Below are positions 38,704 to 47,996 of a DNA stretch of 64,000 bases, in pieces. Below the pieces are notes generated by a model, which saw only the letters and a list, made by a program, of their open reading frames with translations, was not told the DNA's origin and ran no database searches. Source of the stretch: Candidatus Marinacidobacterium sp. GTDB taxonomy: Bacteria; Acidobacteriota; Vicinamibacteria; Marinacidobacterales; Marinacidobacteraceae. Each line of letters starts with the position of its first letter. Position 1 is the stretch's first letter. The DNA is taken from the NCBI GenBank assembly GCA_965204755.1, contig OZ242011.1:2848001-2912000 (forward strand). Direction: 5' to 3'. The translations under genes were made by a program, and so were the position numbers.

Positions 38704-40686
38704 ATGAGCGACGACCGGAGCGAGGAGGCGGCCGGGGGAGGCGCCGCCGCCCCGGAGATCGAGGTCCTCCTCGACGAGCGGCGCTCCTACCCGCCCCCGG
38801 AGGCCTTCCGCGCCGCCGCCCGCGTCCGCGACCCGGGCATCTACGACCGGGCGGAGGCCGACCCGGAGGCCTTCTGGGCGGAGCACGCCGGGAACCTGGT
38901 CTGGAGCCGGAAGTGGGACCGGGTGCTGGACTGGAAGCCCCCCTTCGCCCGGTGGTTCGTCGGCGGCCGGCTGAACGCCAGCGTCAACTGCCTCGACCGC
39001 CACCTGGAGGCCGGCCGCGGCGACCGCCCCGCCTTCCACTGGGAGGGGGAGCCCGGTGACCGGCGGACGCTCACCTACGCCGACCTCCACCGCGAGGTCT
39101 GCCGCTTCGCGAACGCGCTGCGCGGGCTGGGCGTCGGCAAGGGCGACCGCGTCGCGATCTACCTCCCGATGATCCCGGAACTGCCGATCGCCATGCTGGC
39201 CTGCGCCCGCATCGGCGCGCCGCACAGCGTGGTCTTCGCCGGCTTCTCCGCGCAGTCGCTCCGCGACCGCATCGAGGACGCCGAGGCGAAGGTGCTCGTC
39301 ACCGCCGACGGGGGCCACCGCCGCGGCGGGATCGTGCCGCTCAAGGCGATCAGCGACGAGGCGCTCGAAGGCGCCACCCCGGTGCGGTCGGTGGTCGTCG
39401 CGCGGCGGACCGGCGAAGAGGTCCCGATGGTGGCCGGGCGCGACCACGACTGGGCGGCGCTCGTCGCCGACGCCCCCGACGCCGCCGAACCCGAGGAGAT
39501 GGACTCCGAGGATGTCCTCTACATCCTCTACACCTCCGGCACCACCGGGAAACCCAAGGGCATCGTCCACACCACCGGCGGCTACCTCACCGGCGTCACC
39601 GCCACCGCGCGCGCCGTCTTCGACCTCCGGGACGACGACATCTGGTGGGCGGCGGCGGACATCGGCTGGGTCACCGGCCACTCCTACATCGTGTACGGCC
39701 CGCTGGCGCTGGGCGTGACCCAGGTGCTCTACGAAGGCGCGCCGGACTGGCCGAAGCGCGACCGGCTCTGGGAACTGGTCGAGCGCTACCGGGTGACCTG
39801 CTTCTACACCGCGCCCACCGCCATCCGCGCCTTCATGAAGTGGGGCGAGGAGCACCCGGCCGGCCGCGACCTCTCTTCGCTCCGCCTGCTCGGCACGGTG
39901 GGCGAGCCGATCAACCCCGAAGCCTGGGTCTGGTACCACCGCGAGATCGGCGGCGGCCGCTGCCCGGTGGTGGACACCTGGTGGCAGACGGAGACCGGGA
40001 TGATCATGGCGGCGCCGCTCCCCGGCCTGACCACGCTGAAACCGGGCTCGGCGACGCACGCCTTCCCGGGGGTCGCGCTGGACATCCTCGACCGCGCCGG
40101 GCGCCGGGTGGAAGTCGGCGGCGGGCTGCTGGCGATCACGCGGCCCTGGCCGGCGATGCTGCGGGGGATCTGGGGGGACGAAGCGAGGTACCGCGAGACC
40201 TACTGGAGCCGCTGGCCGGACCTCTACTTCCCGGCGGACGGCGCCCGGCGCGACGAGGACGGCTACTTCTGGATCATGGGCCGGGTGGACGATGTGCTCA
40301 ATGTCTCCGGCCACCGCCTCGGCGCGGCGGAGATCGAGAGCGCGCTGGTGGAGCACGCGGCGGTCGCAGAAGCCGCGGTGGTCGGCCGCCCGCACGAGAT
40401 CAAGGGCGAGGGCATCGCCGCCTTCGTCGTCCTGCGCGAAGGGGTGGAGGCGAGTTCGGGGCTCGCGAAGGAATTGAAGGCGCACGCCGCTTCCGCGATC
40501 GGCCCGATCGCCCGCCCCGACGACCTGCTGTTCGCCGCCGATGTCCCGAAGACCCGTTCCGGGAAGATCATGCGGCGGCTGCTGCGGGACATCGCCGCCG
40601 GCAAGGCGGTCGGCGACACCACCACGCTCGCCGACCCGGCGGTCGTGGCCCGGCTCAAGGAGGAGTACGGCGATGACGACGAGTGA
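38704..40686 (+). CDS. acs: Acetate--CoA ligase (acetyl-CoA synthetase)
   Basis: [44 protein letters not shown]. Confidence 0.95.
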   Translation: MSDDRSEEAAGGGAAAPEIEVLLDERRSYPPPEAFRAAARVRDPGIYDRAEADPEAFWAEHAGNLVWSRKWDRVLDWKPPFARWFVGGRLNASVNCLDRHLEAGRGDRPAFHWEGEPGDRRTLTYADLHREVCRFANALRGLGVGKGDRVAIYLPMIPELPIAMLACARIGAPHSVVFAGFSAQSLRDRIEDAEAKVLVTADGGHRRGGIVPLKAISDEALEGATPVRSVVVARRTGEEVPMVAGRDHDWAALVADAPDAAEPEEMDSEDVLYILYTSGTTGKPKGIVHTTGGYLTGVTATARAVFDLRDDDIWWAAADIGWVTGHSYIVYGPLALGVTQVLYEGAPDWPKRDRLWELVERYRVTCFYTAPTAIRAFMKWGEEHPAGRDLSSLRLLGTVGEPINPEAWVWYHREIGGGRCPVVDTWWQTETGMIMAAPLPGLTTLKPGSATHAFPGVALDILDRAGRRVEVGGGLLAITRPWPAMLRGIWGDEARYRETYWSRWPDLYFPADGARRDEDGYFWIMGRVDDVLNVSGHRLGAAEIESALVEHAAVAEAAVVGRPHEIKGEGIAAFVVLREGVEASSGLAKELKAHAASAIGPIARPDDLLFAADVPKTRSGKIMRRLLRDIAAGKAVGDTTTLADPAVVARLKEEYGDDDE

Positions 40687-42334
40687 GAGGCGCGGGAGCG
40701 CGGGTTCGCGGCCGAAGGCGAAGGGCGGGGGCCGGAAGGCCGCGTCGCGTTCTTCGCGTTCGCCGCGTTCGAAGAAGTCGTCGGGTTCGGCGGGGTTCGA
40801 TCCGCAGGGGGCGGGGCCGAAGCGCTACGACCCGGCCGTCGCGGAGCCGCTGCCGATGGAGGCCGGGGCTTCCTTCCCGGAGACCGCCGGACGGCTGCGC
40901 GTTTTCCTGTTCGACGACGACCTCGACCTCGGCGGCGAGCCCGGCCGCGAGTGGGCGCGGGACTTCTGCGGGAGCGCTCGCCGGCTCTACTCGAACTCGA
41001 AGGTCAAGAAGGAGATCGCGCTCCACGGCGGCGAAGGCCCCTCGGCGGTGGCCTTCCACACGCGGGCGGTTTCCGACTACCCGCTCCACGACCGGGTCCG
41101 CATCCTGGCCGCCCGCGCGGTGAACCACGCGAGGGCGTTCGGGTATTCCGAAGCGGTGTTCGTCCTCCGGGGCGGGGACGGGCCGGGGTTCGTCGGGCCG
41201 GCGGCGGAGGGCGCGGCGCTCGGCGCGTACCGTTTCAACCGCTACCGGAAGGAGGCTTCGGACTCGTCGTCCGGACGGGTCGCCGCCGCGCGTTTCGTCG
41301 TCGCCGAGGAGGCGGTGGAGGAGGCGTCGGGGGCGGTGGAGCGGGCGCGTCGGCTCGCCCGCGAAGTGAACCGCGCCCGGGACCTCATCAACGAACCCGG
41401 CGAAGTCGTTACGCCGGAAGCGCTGGCGGAGGAAGCCCGCGTCCTGGCGCGCGAGTCCGGCCTGGAAGTCCAAGTCTGGAACGAGGACGCCCTGCGCGCC
41501 GAGGGCTATCCGGGCCTCATCTCGGTAGGGCAGGGGAGCCCCCGGCCGCCGCGCCTGATCGTCCTCCGCCACCGTCCGAAAGGCGCCGCTAGCGGTTCCT
41601 CCGGTCGGCATCTCGCCCTCGTCGGCAAGGGCATCACCTTCGACACCGGCGGGATTTCGCTGAAACCCCCGTCGGGCATGTGGACGATGAAAGGCGACAT
41701 GTCCGGCGCCGCCGCCGTGCTGCGCGCCATGTCCGCCGTCGCCCGCGCCGGCGTCCCGGCGACGGTGACCGGGATCGTCGCCGCCGCGGAGAACTATGTG
41801 GGGCCCGAGGCCACCCGCCCCGGCGACATCTTCGTCGCCCGGAACGGCAAGTCGGTCATGGTGGACAACACCGACGCCGAGGGCCGGCTCGTGCTGACCG
41901 ACGCGCTCGCCCGCGCCGGGGAAGAGGGCGCCACCCACATCGTGGACGCCGCCACCCTGACCGGCGCGGCGGTCCGCGCGCTGGGAATCGGCGTGGCCGC
42001 GGCGCTGGGCAACGACGCGGACTGGGTGCGCGAAGTGATCGCCGCCGGCGAACCCCACGGCGAGGTCTTCTGGGAGTTGCCGCTGGTGGCGGAATACCGG
42101 GACGAACTCCGCTGCGACTCCGCCGACCTGAAGAACATCGGGGGAATCAACGCGGGGACGATCACCGCGGCGCTCTTCCTCGAGGAGTTCGTGCCGGACG
42201 GCGCCCGCTGGGCGCACTTGGACATCGCCGGCCCGTTCCTCGTGGAAAAGCCTTGGAAGTACTACCCGAAGGGCGCCACCGGCTTCGGCGTCCGCGCCCT
42301 CTACGAAGTCGCCGCCCGTTTCGCGGCGGACTGA
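40673..42334 (+). CDS. pepA: Leucyl aminopeptidase (M17)
   Basis: [41 protein letters not shown]. Confidence 0.92.
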   Translation: MTTSERRGSAGSRPKAKGGGRKAASRSSRSPRSKKSSGSAGFDPQGAGPKRYDPAVAEPLPMEAGASFPETAGRLRVFLFDDDLDLGGEPGREWARDFCGSARRLYSNSKVKKEIALHGGEGPSAVAFHTRAVSDYPLHDRVRILAARAVNHARAFGYSEAVFVLRGGDGPGFVGPAAEGAALGAYRFNRYRKEASDSSSGRVAAARFVVAEEAVEEASGAVERARRLAREVNRARDLINEPGEVVTPEALAEEARVLARESGLEVQVWNEDALRAEGYPGLISVGQGSPRPPRLIVLRHRPKGAASGSSGRHLALVGKGITFDTGGISLKPPSGMWTMKGDMSGAAAVLRAMSAVARAGVPATVTGIVAAAENYVGPEATRPGDIFVARNGKSVMVDNTDAEGRLVLTDALARAGEEGATHIVDAATLTGAAVRALGIGVAAALGNDADWVREVIAAGEPHGEVFWELPLVAEYRDELRCDSADLKNIGGINAGTITAALFLEEFVPDGARWAHLDIAGPFLVEKPWKYYPKGATGFGVRALYEVAARFAAD

Positions 42335-42374
42335 CCGCGTCCCGCGGCCGCTCGGGGCCGCGGGAGGGCTCGGA

Positions 42375-43790
42375 TCAGACCTGATCCTTGTCCACGGAGT
42401 CGCGCCGTTTACGCTCCGGCGCGAACCGGGGGATGTCCGGGATGGCTGACGGCGGTTTGTGCTTGGGGAGGTCCAGACTCGGCTCACTGAGGCCGACGGC
42501 TACGGCGAGGCGGTAGCCCATACGCTCCGTTTCCTCGTCCAAGTCGCCCGGAACGGGAGTATCGAGTATCCGCGCTCCGAGTTGGCCGGTGGGCAGACGC
42601 TTGCCGAGGTTGCTCTTCAGGTCACGCAGGGCGAACTCGTACCGCTCGGCGCGGGAGCCTCCTCCCATTCGGAGAATGGGAAGAAAACCGCTCGCCTTGA
42701 ACTCCGCAGCGTTCGGGTCCCGTCCCTTGAGCGCCTCCTGCACCAGGAATCCGGCGAGGTTGGTGACATCCTGGGTCATTCCTTCGTCCGCATCGTCGAC
42801 CGCGGCGTACGCCGGGTCGGGCAGGTCGGTGGTCACCGGCGCCGGCGCCGTTCCGTCGAAGGGGTCGTAGGATCGTCGGAACCTCTCGGCCTCCTTCTCG
42901 TCGACGCGCCTCAGGGCGGCCACGCGCCGTTCGTGCAGTTCGGCTGTCCCGAGTCGCTCCACCCGCGCCTCCAGGAGGGGCCAGTCCTCCACCTCGTCCT
43001 TCGTCCGCAGCCGGAAGAGGCACGCGTCCACGGTTCCGGCGCCGACATCCATCATGAGATGGAGGCCGTCGCGCCGCTCCTCGCTGCGCGCGTATCCGTA
43101 GGCCCCGGCCATCACTTCGGGGAACAGGCCGATCTCGATGTCGGCCTTCTCTCCGCTCCGAAGGGCCTCTTCCGCGTCTTCCATTCGAATCGGCGCGTCG
43201 CGGAGCGAGAGCTGCCACCCGGCCTCCGCCGCCCTCCGAAAGGCTGCCTGCAGAGCCGTTCTCGGCGGTTCATCCCGGCTCCCGGTATCGGGCGTCCCGG
43301 ACGGGATGCCCGCGTTCAACGACCAGTCGAGCGTCGCGAAGGTCCGGAGGATATCGGCGTGTGTCTCCAAGACCTGGGTGCGGACCGCTCGGAGCATGAG
43401 ACCGAAGTAGGCGGCCACGGCCTTCCGCGCCTCGGCGCCTCGTTCGGTGTCCCCACCCGCCGATGCGGCATCCATCAGGTTCAGTTTGATGCCGCGGCGC
43501 CGACGCCCGGCATCGCCGCCATCCAAATGGCAGACGCCGTCGGGGTCCTCGGTGAACGAGGACGGCCAGAGCCAGTCGCCGTCGTCGATCGTTCGGTGCT
43601 CTCGGCGAGCCAGGAACCGGGGGGCGCCCGGTATGTACGGCGCATGGACGACGACCTTGGAGGTGGAGGTTCCGAAGTCGAAGCCGATCACCAACACGCA
43701 TTCGCCGGCGCGGCCGCTGTCCGCGTATCCCAGTCGGTCGGGTCGCAGGGAGGGCGCGGCGTCACCGAGGTGCGGCCCGCTTCCTGCCAT
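42375..43790 (-). CDS. Uncharacterised actin/Hsp70-fold (ASKHA) ATPase
   Basis: Phosphate-1 IGFDFGTSTSKV, connect-1 FPEVMAG, phosphate-2 MDVGAGTVD, adenosine MGGGS, connect-2 AVAVGL. Confidence 0.7.
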   Translation of the reverse strand: MAGSGPHLGDAAPSLRPDRLGYADSGRAGECVLVIGFDFGTSTSKVVVHAPYIPGAPRFLARREHRTIDDGDWLWPSSFTEDPDGVCHLDGGDAGRRRRGIKLNLMDAASAGGDTERGAEARKAVAAYFGLMLRAVRTQVLETHADILRTFATLDWSLNAGIPSGTPDTGSRDEPPRTALQAAFRRAAEAGWQLSLRDAPIRMEDAEEALRSGEKADIEIGLFPEVMAGAYGYARSEERRDGLHLMMDVGAGTVDACLFRLRTKDEVEDWPLLEARVERLGTAELHERRVAALRRVDEKEAERFRRSYDPFDGTAPAPVTTDLPDPAYAAVDDADEGMTQDVTNLAGFLVQEALKGRDPNAAEFKASGFLPILRMGGGSRAERYEFALRDLKSNLGKRLPTGQLGARILDTPVPGDLDEETERMGYRLAVAVGLSEPSLDLPKHKPPSAIPDIPRFAPERKRRDSVDKDQV

Positions 43791-43815
43791 CGTGTCGACC
43801 CGCGAAAGGTACTCG

Positions 43816-46800
43816 CTACTCGTCGATGCGTATTACGGCTACGGCCAACTCTTCGGCGGGATTGTACCGAACCTGGAGTTTCGACAGGAGACTCTCCTTG
43901 CGTCTTTCGAGTCTCACCTTCTCGTTCCCGAGTCGGGTCTCCACTCCCTTCGCCAAGTTCTCGCGCTGCATGGCTTCCCGCATCCGACCGTGGACCCGAT
44001 GCTCGGCGGCGTGGTCCCGGTGGAGACGAACCTGCGGAGCAAGCGTCTCCTCCCGTCGCCGGGTCTGGCGCTCGATCGCAGAAACCTGGAACCGGAGTCG
44101 GTCCTCGTTGGCTGCCTGCTCCTCCTCGCGCACGGCATCGAGTCGTCCGGCGAGTTCGTCGAATAGACGCTCCGCGGCTTCTCGGGCGAGCCCGTAGTCC
44201 ACCTCGCCGCGCGCCGAGAGCCACGACTTCCCCTTCAACATCACCGCCGTCGCCAGACTCTCGGCGTCCGTCGGCAGGACCGGATCGCCTGCGGTTTCGA
44301 GTCGCTCCGCCGCGTACTTGATGTGGGTGGTCGTACGCAATCCCTCGAACCGGGCGGCCGAGACCACGAGCAGGTAGTCGCCGGGGGCGAACGCGGTTCC
44401 GCCGTTCGGCGCCTCGGCGCGGCGCAACCGGGCGGCGACCACGGTGCGGAGGTGTTGCTCCCGATCGGGATCGTCGAGCAGATGGGCGACGAACTGCGTC
44501 ATCGGGTGGAACTGGGTGATGACTTCCTCGGGCCCGGTCCGGCCGGCGTCGGTCCGGTTGGTGAATCGGCAACGCACCGGACCGACGGCGGTGTCCAGCC
44601 GCGTGTCCGTCGGCAGCCGTCGGCGGCGGAGGAAATCCCGGAATTCGACCTGGGCGCGGGCGGACAGGTCCAGCGTCGCCAGGTTCCCGGAATCGAGATC
44701 GGGCGCCGCCTCGTCCCCGCCGTCCCGGCTCCGGGAGACCCGGGTACCGGAGTAGAGCCGCCGCAGGTTCTCCGTCACATAGGTCGCGATGTCTTCCGGC
44801 CCCAGCCAACGCCGCCGGTCCTTGGCCGCCGAGACCCGATCCAGGATGTAGTCGCCGTAGGCGACCAGGCCGGGCGCCTCGTCCTCGAGGTCCTGCTCCT
44901 GTCTGCGGCGGTGCTCGATCGCGTACGCCGTCTGCTCGATCCTCTCGGTCTTCTCTTCGTCGGTCAGCCGGTCCGAGAGCAGCGCCCGCGTCAACACCCG
45001 GACCTGCTCGGTAACGATGTCCTCGCAGTCGCCGAGATATCGCCGGAAGACATCGAGTTTCTCGAACAGGATCTCGTGGATCCGGAAGTCGATGGTGTCC
45101 TCGTGGAGCAGCGTCCAGACCACGATCTTGTCGGCGGTCTGGCCGATGCGGTCGAGGCGGCCGATCCGCTGTTCGACCCGCATCGGGTTCCAGGGCAGGT
45201 CGTAGTTGACGAGGAGCCGGCAGAACTGGAGATCGACTCCCTCGGAGCCGACCTCGGTGGAAAGCAGGATGTTCGGGCCGTCCGGCTTCTCGAAGTCCGC
45301 CAGGACCTCATCGACCGACCGTTTCTGTCCACCCTGCAGGACGGCGCTGGGGAACCCGTCTTCCGCCAGTCGCTCGGACAGGTAGGCGATCGTCGGTCGG
45401 AAGGTCGAGAACAGGACGAGTTTGCCTCCGGGCTCGTCCGCCGAGTACTCGCGCAATTTCGACAACAGGAGTCCGTACTTGGTGTCCCTCCGCCGGAGGA
45501 GAGCGATGAGCCCGTCGGCGTCGCTGTCCCCTCCCGCGAGCCATCCCCGGATGGAGCGGCGCAGGTGGGCGATGAGCGGCCGGTGGGTTTCCTCTTCCTC
45601 GTCGCCTTCCTCGAGCGTCTCCGCATCCATGGACTTCGTCGTTTCCTCCGGCGCGAACCAGGTGATGACGGAGGCCGCGAAGCAACTCGCCATCTGGCGC
45701 TGCGGCTGGGCCAACAGGAACGCCTGCACCGTCTCGTGTTCGTCGGCGTATTCCCTCACGGCATCGGTGACCTGTTGGTAGTACTTCCTCTCGTCCTCGT
45801 TCATCGCCACCGACTCGCGAACGACATCCCGATACACCCGGTCCTCCTCGACATCCCGTCTCCGGGTCCGGCTGATGACATGACCGAGCAGGTTGACGCG
45901 TTCGAGGCGGTACGCGAGATCGCTGCGCTCCTCGGCGCTCGGCGCCTTCCCGAGCGCCTCGAAGTCACGGCGGATCCGTTGCAACTGTTTGCTTCCCGAC
46001 AGCGAGGGGCGGGCTTCGGCGGCGGCGAAATCGGCAGCGAGGGAACCGGGATCCGTGGAGGCGCGGCGAAGCGCGTCGCGGGCGCGGATGAGGGGTTCGT
46101 TCGCCTGGCGGATCGCGTCCAGGGCCTCGGGCTCGGAGAAGGTGTCGGGATCGAGGAGGTGGAGGAGAGCGAAGAGATCCTGCTGTCGGTTGTGAACCGG
46201 CGTGGCGGACAGGAGCGCGCCGTGTCCGGACGCTTCGATCGCGGCCTTGATCAACTTGTGGGTCTGCGTCGCGGGGTTTCGTCCGTGGTGCGCCTCATCG
46301 ACGACGAGCAGGTCGAAACAGGGGTGGTGGGTCGTGTCCGCCAGGTACTCGTGGAGCGCCTGCGCCGGGGTCGTCCCGGACCCATCGGATCCCTCCGACG
46401 GCTTGCGGAGGATCAGGGCGCTGGTGCTGGCGATGAGGCTGAGGGGCGCGTCCGGAGGTTCGTTTCGGAGGCGGTCGAGGAGATCCGGGGCGCCGACGAG
46501 CGCCGCCCGGATTCCGAACTTTGTGAGGAGTTCCCGCCGCCACTTCTCCCGGAGCGCCTTCGGGCACAGGACCAGGAGGCGGCGCGCGTCGAAACGGGAG
46601 CGCAACTCCGTCCAGATGAGGCCGGCTTCGATGGTCTTGCCGAGACCGACTTCGTCGGCGAGGAGAACCCGCCCGGTCGGCGACTCGATGATCTTGATGA
46701 CCGGCTTGAACTGGTAGGCCTTGAAGTCGGTGTTCGTCGCCTCCATGCTGTAGAGCATGTCGGCGGGGTGGCCCGCCACCCGGACATGCGTGAGGAGCCG

Positions 46801-47022
46801 GCGCAGTTCGCTCGGCGCGGCGAACTCGCCGGTCGCGAGGAGGTCCAGCGGCGTAACCGGCCCTTCGGGAACGAGTTCCAGTTGGGACTCGGGCACATGC
46901 CTCGGCCGTTCCCCGCCGAGACCGACCAACCAGTGGCGGCGGCCCGAGCGCATCTCGGACCTTCGCAGTACGCCGCGGCGCGTCGGGTTGTGCCGCAGCC
47001 GTACTTCGTCGCCCGGATTCAT
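43816..47022 (-). CDS. SNF2/RapA-like helicase
   Basis: LLADEVGLGKTIEAG, VDEAHH, LSATP, STEVGSEGVDLQ, YDLPWNPMRVEQRIGRLDRIGQ; ATG at 47022. Confidence 0.92.
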   Translation of the reverse strand: MNPGDEVRLRHNPTRRGVLRRSEMRSGRRHWLVGLGGERPRHVPESQLELVPEGPVTPLDLLATGEFAAPSELRRLLTHVRVAGHPADMLYSMEATNTDFKAYQFKPVIKIIESPTGRVLLADEVGLGKTIEAGLIWTELRSRFDARRLLVLCPKALREKWRRELLTKFGIRAALVGAPDLLDRLRNEPPDAPLSLIASTSALILRKPSEGSDGSGTTPAQALHEYLADTTHHPCFDLLVVDEAHHGRNPATQTHKLIKAAIEASGHGALLSATPVHNRQQDLFALLHLLDPDTFSEPEALDAIRQANEPLIRARDALRRASTDPGSLAADFAAAEARPSLSGSKQLQRIRRDFEALGKAPSAEERSDLAYRLERVNLLGHVISRTRRRDVEEDRVYRDVVRESVAMNEDERKYYQQVTDAVREYADEHETVQAFLLAQPQRQMASCFAASVITWFAPEETTKSMDAETLEEGDEEEETHRPLIAHLRRSIRGWLAGGDSDADGLIALLRRRDTKYGLLLSKLREYSADEPGGKLVLFSTFRPTIAYLSERLAEDGFPSAVLQGGQKRSVDEVLADFEKPDGPNILLSTEVGSEGVDLQFCRLLVNYDLPWNPMRVEQRIGRLDRIGQTADKIVVWTLLHEDTIDFRIHEILFEKLDVFRRYLGDCEDIVTEQVRVLTRALLSDRLTDEEKTERIEQTAYAIEHRRRQEQDLEDEAPGLVAYGDYILDRVSAAKDRRRWLGPEDIATYVTENLRRLYSGTRVSRSRDGGDEAAPDLDSGNLATLDLSARAQVEFRDFLRRRRLPTDTRLDTAVGPVRCRFTNRTDAGRTGPEEVITQFHPMTQFVAHLLDDPDREQHLRTVVAARLRRAEAPNGGTAFAPGDYLLVVSAARFEGLRTTTHIKYAAERLETAGDPVLPTDAESLATAVMLKGKSWLSARGEVDYGLAREAAERLFDELAGRLDAVREEEQAANEDRLRFQVSAIERQTRRREETLAPQVRLHRDHAAEHRVHGRMREAMQRENLAKGVETRLGNEKVRLERRKESLLSKLQVRYNPAEELAVAVIRIDE

Positions 47023-47443
47023 CGCGAAGGGCGCGGGATGGTACCGGTCGGCGAGCGGTCCTCTCGCCGACTTCCCGGCGCGGCGAGCGGGAGTCAACCT
47101 CGTCTGTTGCGCGCCGTTTCCCGGCCGGCGAACCCGAGTCGCGTCGTGGCGCGGCCCCGGCGGTCGCGCCCGACAGCGAGCCCTCCGAGGGCGCGGCGCG
47201 CCGCCGCTCGCCGCGGCCGTTCCGCCTCGGTGTCCCCGGAGAACGGGACCGCCGCCGGGCCCGACCCGACGCCCGCCTCCGTTTCGGCGCTCGTTCCTCC
47301 GCCTCCCGGCCGCGGCGCGTTTCCCGGGATGCCGCACCGGCCGGCGGGGAGGGGGGCGCGACCCGTCCGGCGGCGGCCCCGGGCCGCGCGTAGGGGTACG
47401 CCTCCGTCGACGGCTCGGCGCGCCCGGGCCGGGCCGGCCGGGT

Positions 47444-47551
47444 CAGCTATACACAATTCCCGCCCGAGTTCGGCTCAGCTATACACAATTCGGCTCAGCT
47501 ATACACAATTCCGGTCAGCTATACACAATTCGGCCGAGCTATACACAATTC
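47444..47551 (+). repeat. Iteron-like array 1: 5 x (C/G)AGCTATACACAATTC
   Basis: Copies at 47444, 47476, 47496, 47516 and 47536 (20-bp period after the first). Confidence 0.9.
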
Positions 47552-47603
47552 GGGCGTCCGGCGGCGGTTCGGCGCTCCATTCGTTCGGTGCGTTCGATCC
47601 AGA

Positions 47604-47653
47604 GAAACGGGGTCGAAACGCCCCGAAACGCCCTGAAACGCCCCGAAACGCCG
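47604..47653 (+). repeat. Phased GAAACG(CCC) repeats, 10-11 bp period
   Basis: GAAACG at 47604, 47615, 47625, 47635 and 47645. Confidence 0.8.
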
Positions 47654-47739
47654 TCTCCACAGCCTGATTCGGTCGATGAGGAAGTCCCAGGCCGGTTCTT
47701 CCGTCGTGCGTCCGCGGGCCCAGGACCGCCCGGCCGGGC

Positions 47740-47816
47740 CAGCTATACACAATTCCCGCCGGCTATACACAATTCGGTGGGAGCTATACACAATTCGAGT
47801 CAGCTATACACAATTC
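47740..47816 (+). repeat. Iteron-like array 2: 4 x GCTATACACAATTC
   Basis: Copies at 47740, 47760, 47781 and 47801 (20-21 bp period), same orientation as array 1. Confidence 0.9.
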
Positions 47817-47996
47817 CGGGCGGCCATCGAGGTCGCCCCGCTTTCGTGGACGAGGCGGCGCCTGGGCGTCTTGTCCCCGACCGTCGGAGTCGGGCGACCG
47901 TGCGGATGGATGTCCAAATCATGGTGTGTTTCAACGAGTGAGGTGTCGAAACAACCGGAAGGAATATCACCCTCGGCGCCAGGATGACGCGCCGTG

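Noticed and set aside
34345-40485. 2046-aa minus-strand ORF
   Set aside because: Antisense shadow of acs/trkH/trkA in GC-rich DNA; only the last ~367 aa (AIR-synthase-like) are a real gene.
43816-47022. Assignment to DISARM, Zorya or BREX
   Set aside because: Required partners (DrmA/B, ZorA/B, PglZ/BrxC) are not present nearby.
47444-47816. CRISPR array interpretation of the GCTATACACAATTC repeats
   Set aside because: Repeats are 14-16 bp with mostly ~6-nt linkers, far too short for spacers, and no cas genes are present.
47927-47953. Imperfect inverted repeat TGTTTCAAC-N9-GTCGAAACA upstream of the AAA+ gene
   Set aside because: Possible operator but a single 8/9 match with no regulator nearby; too weak to call.
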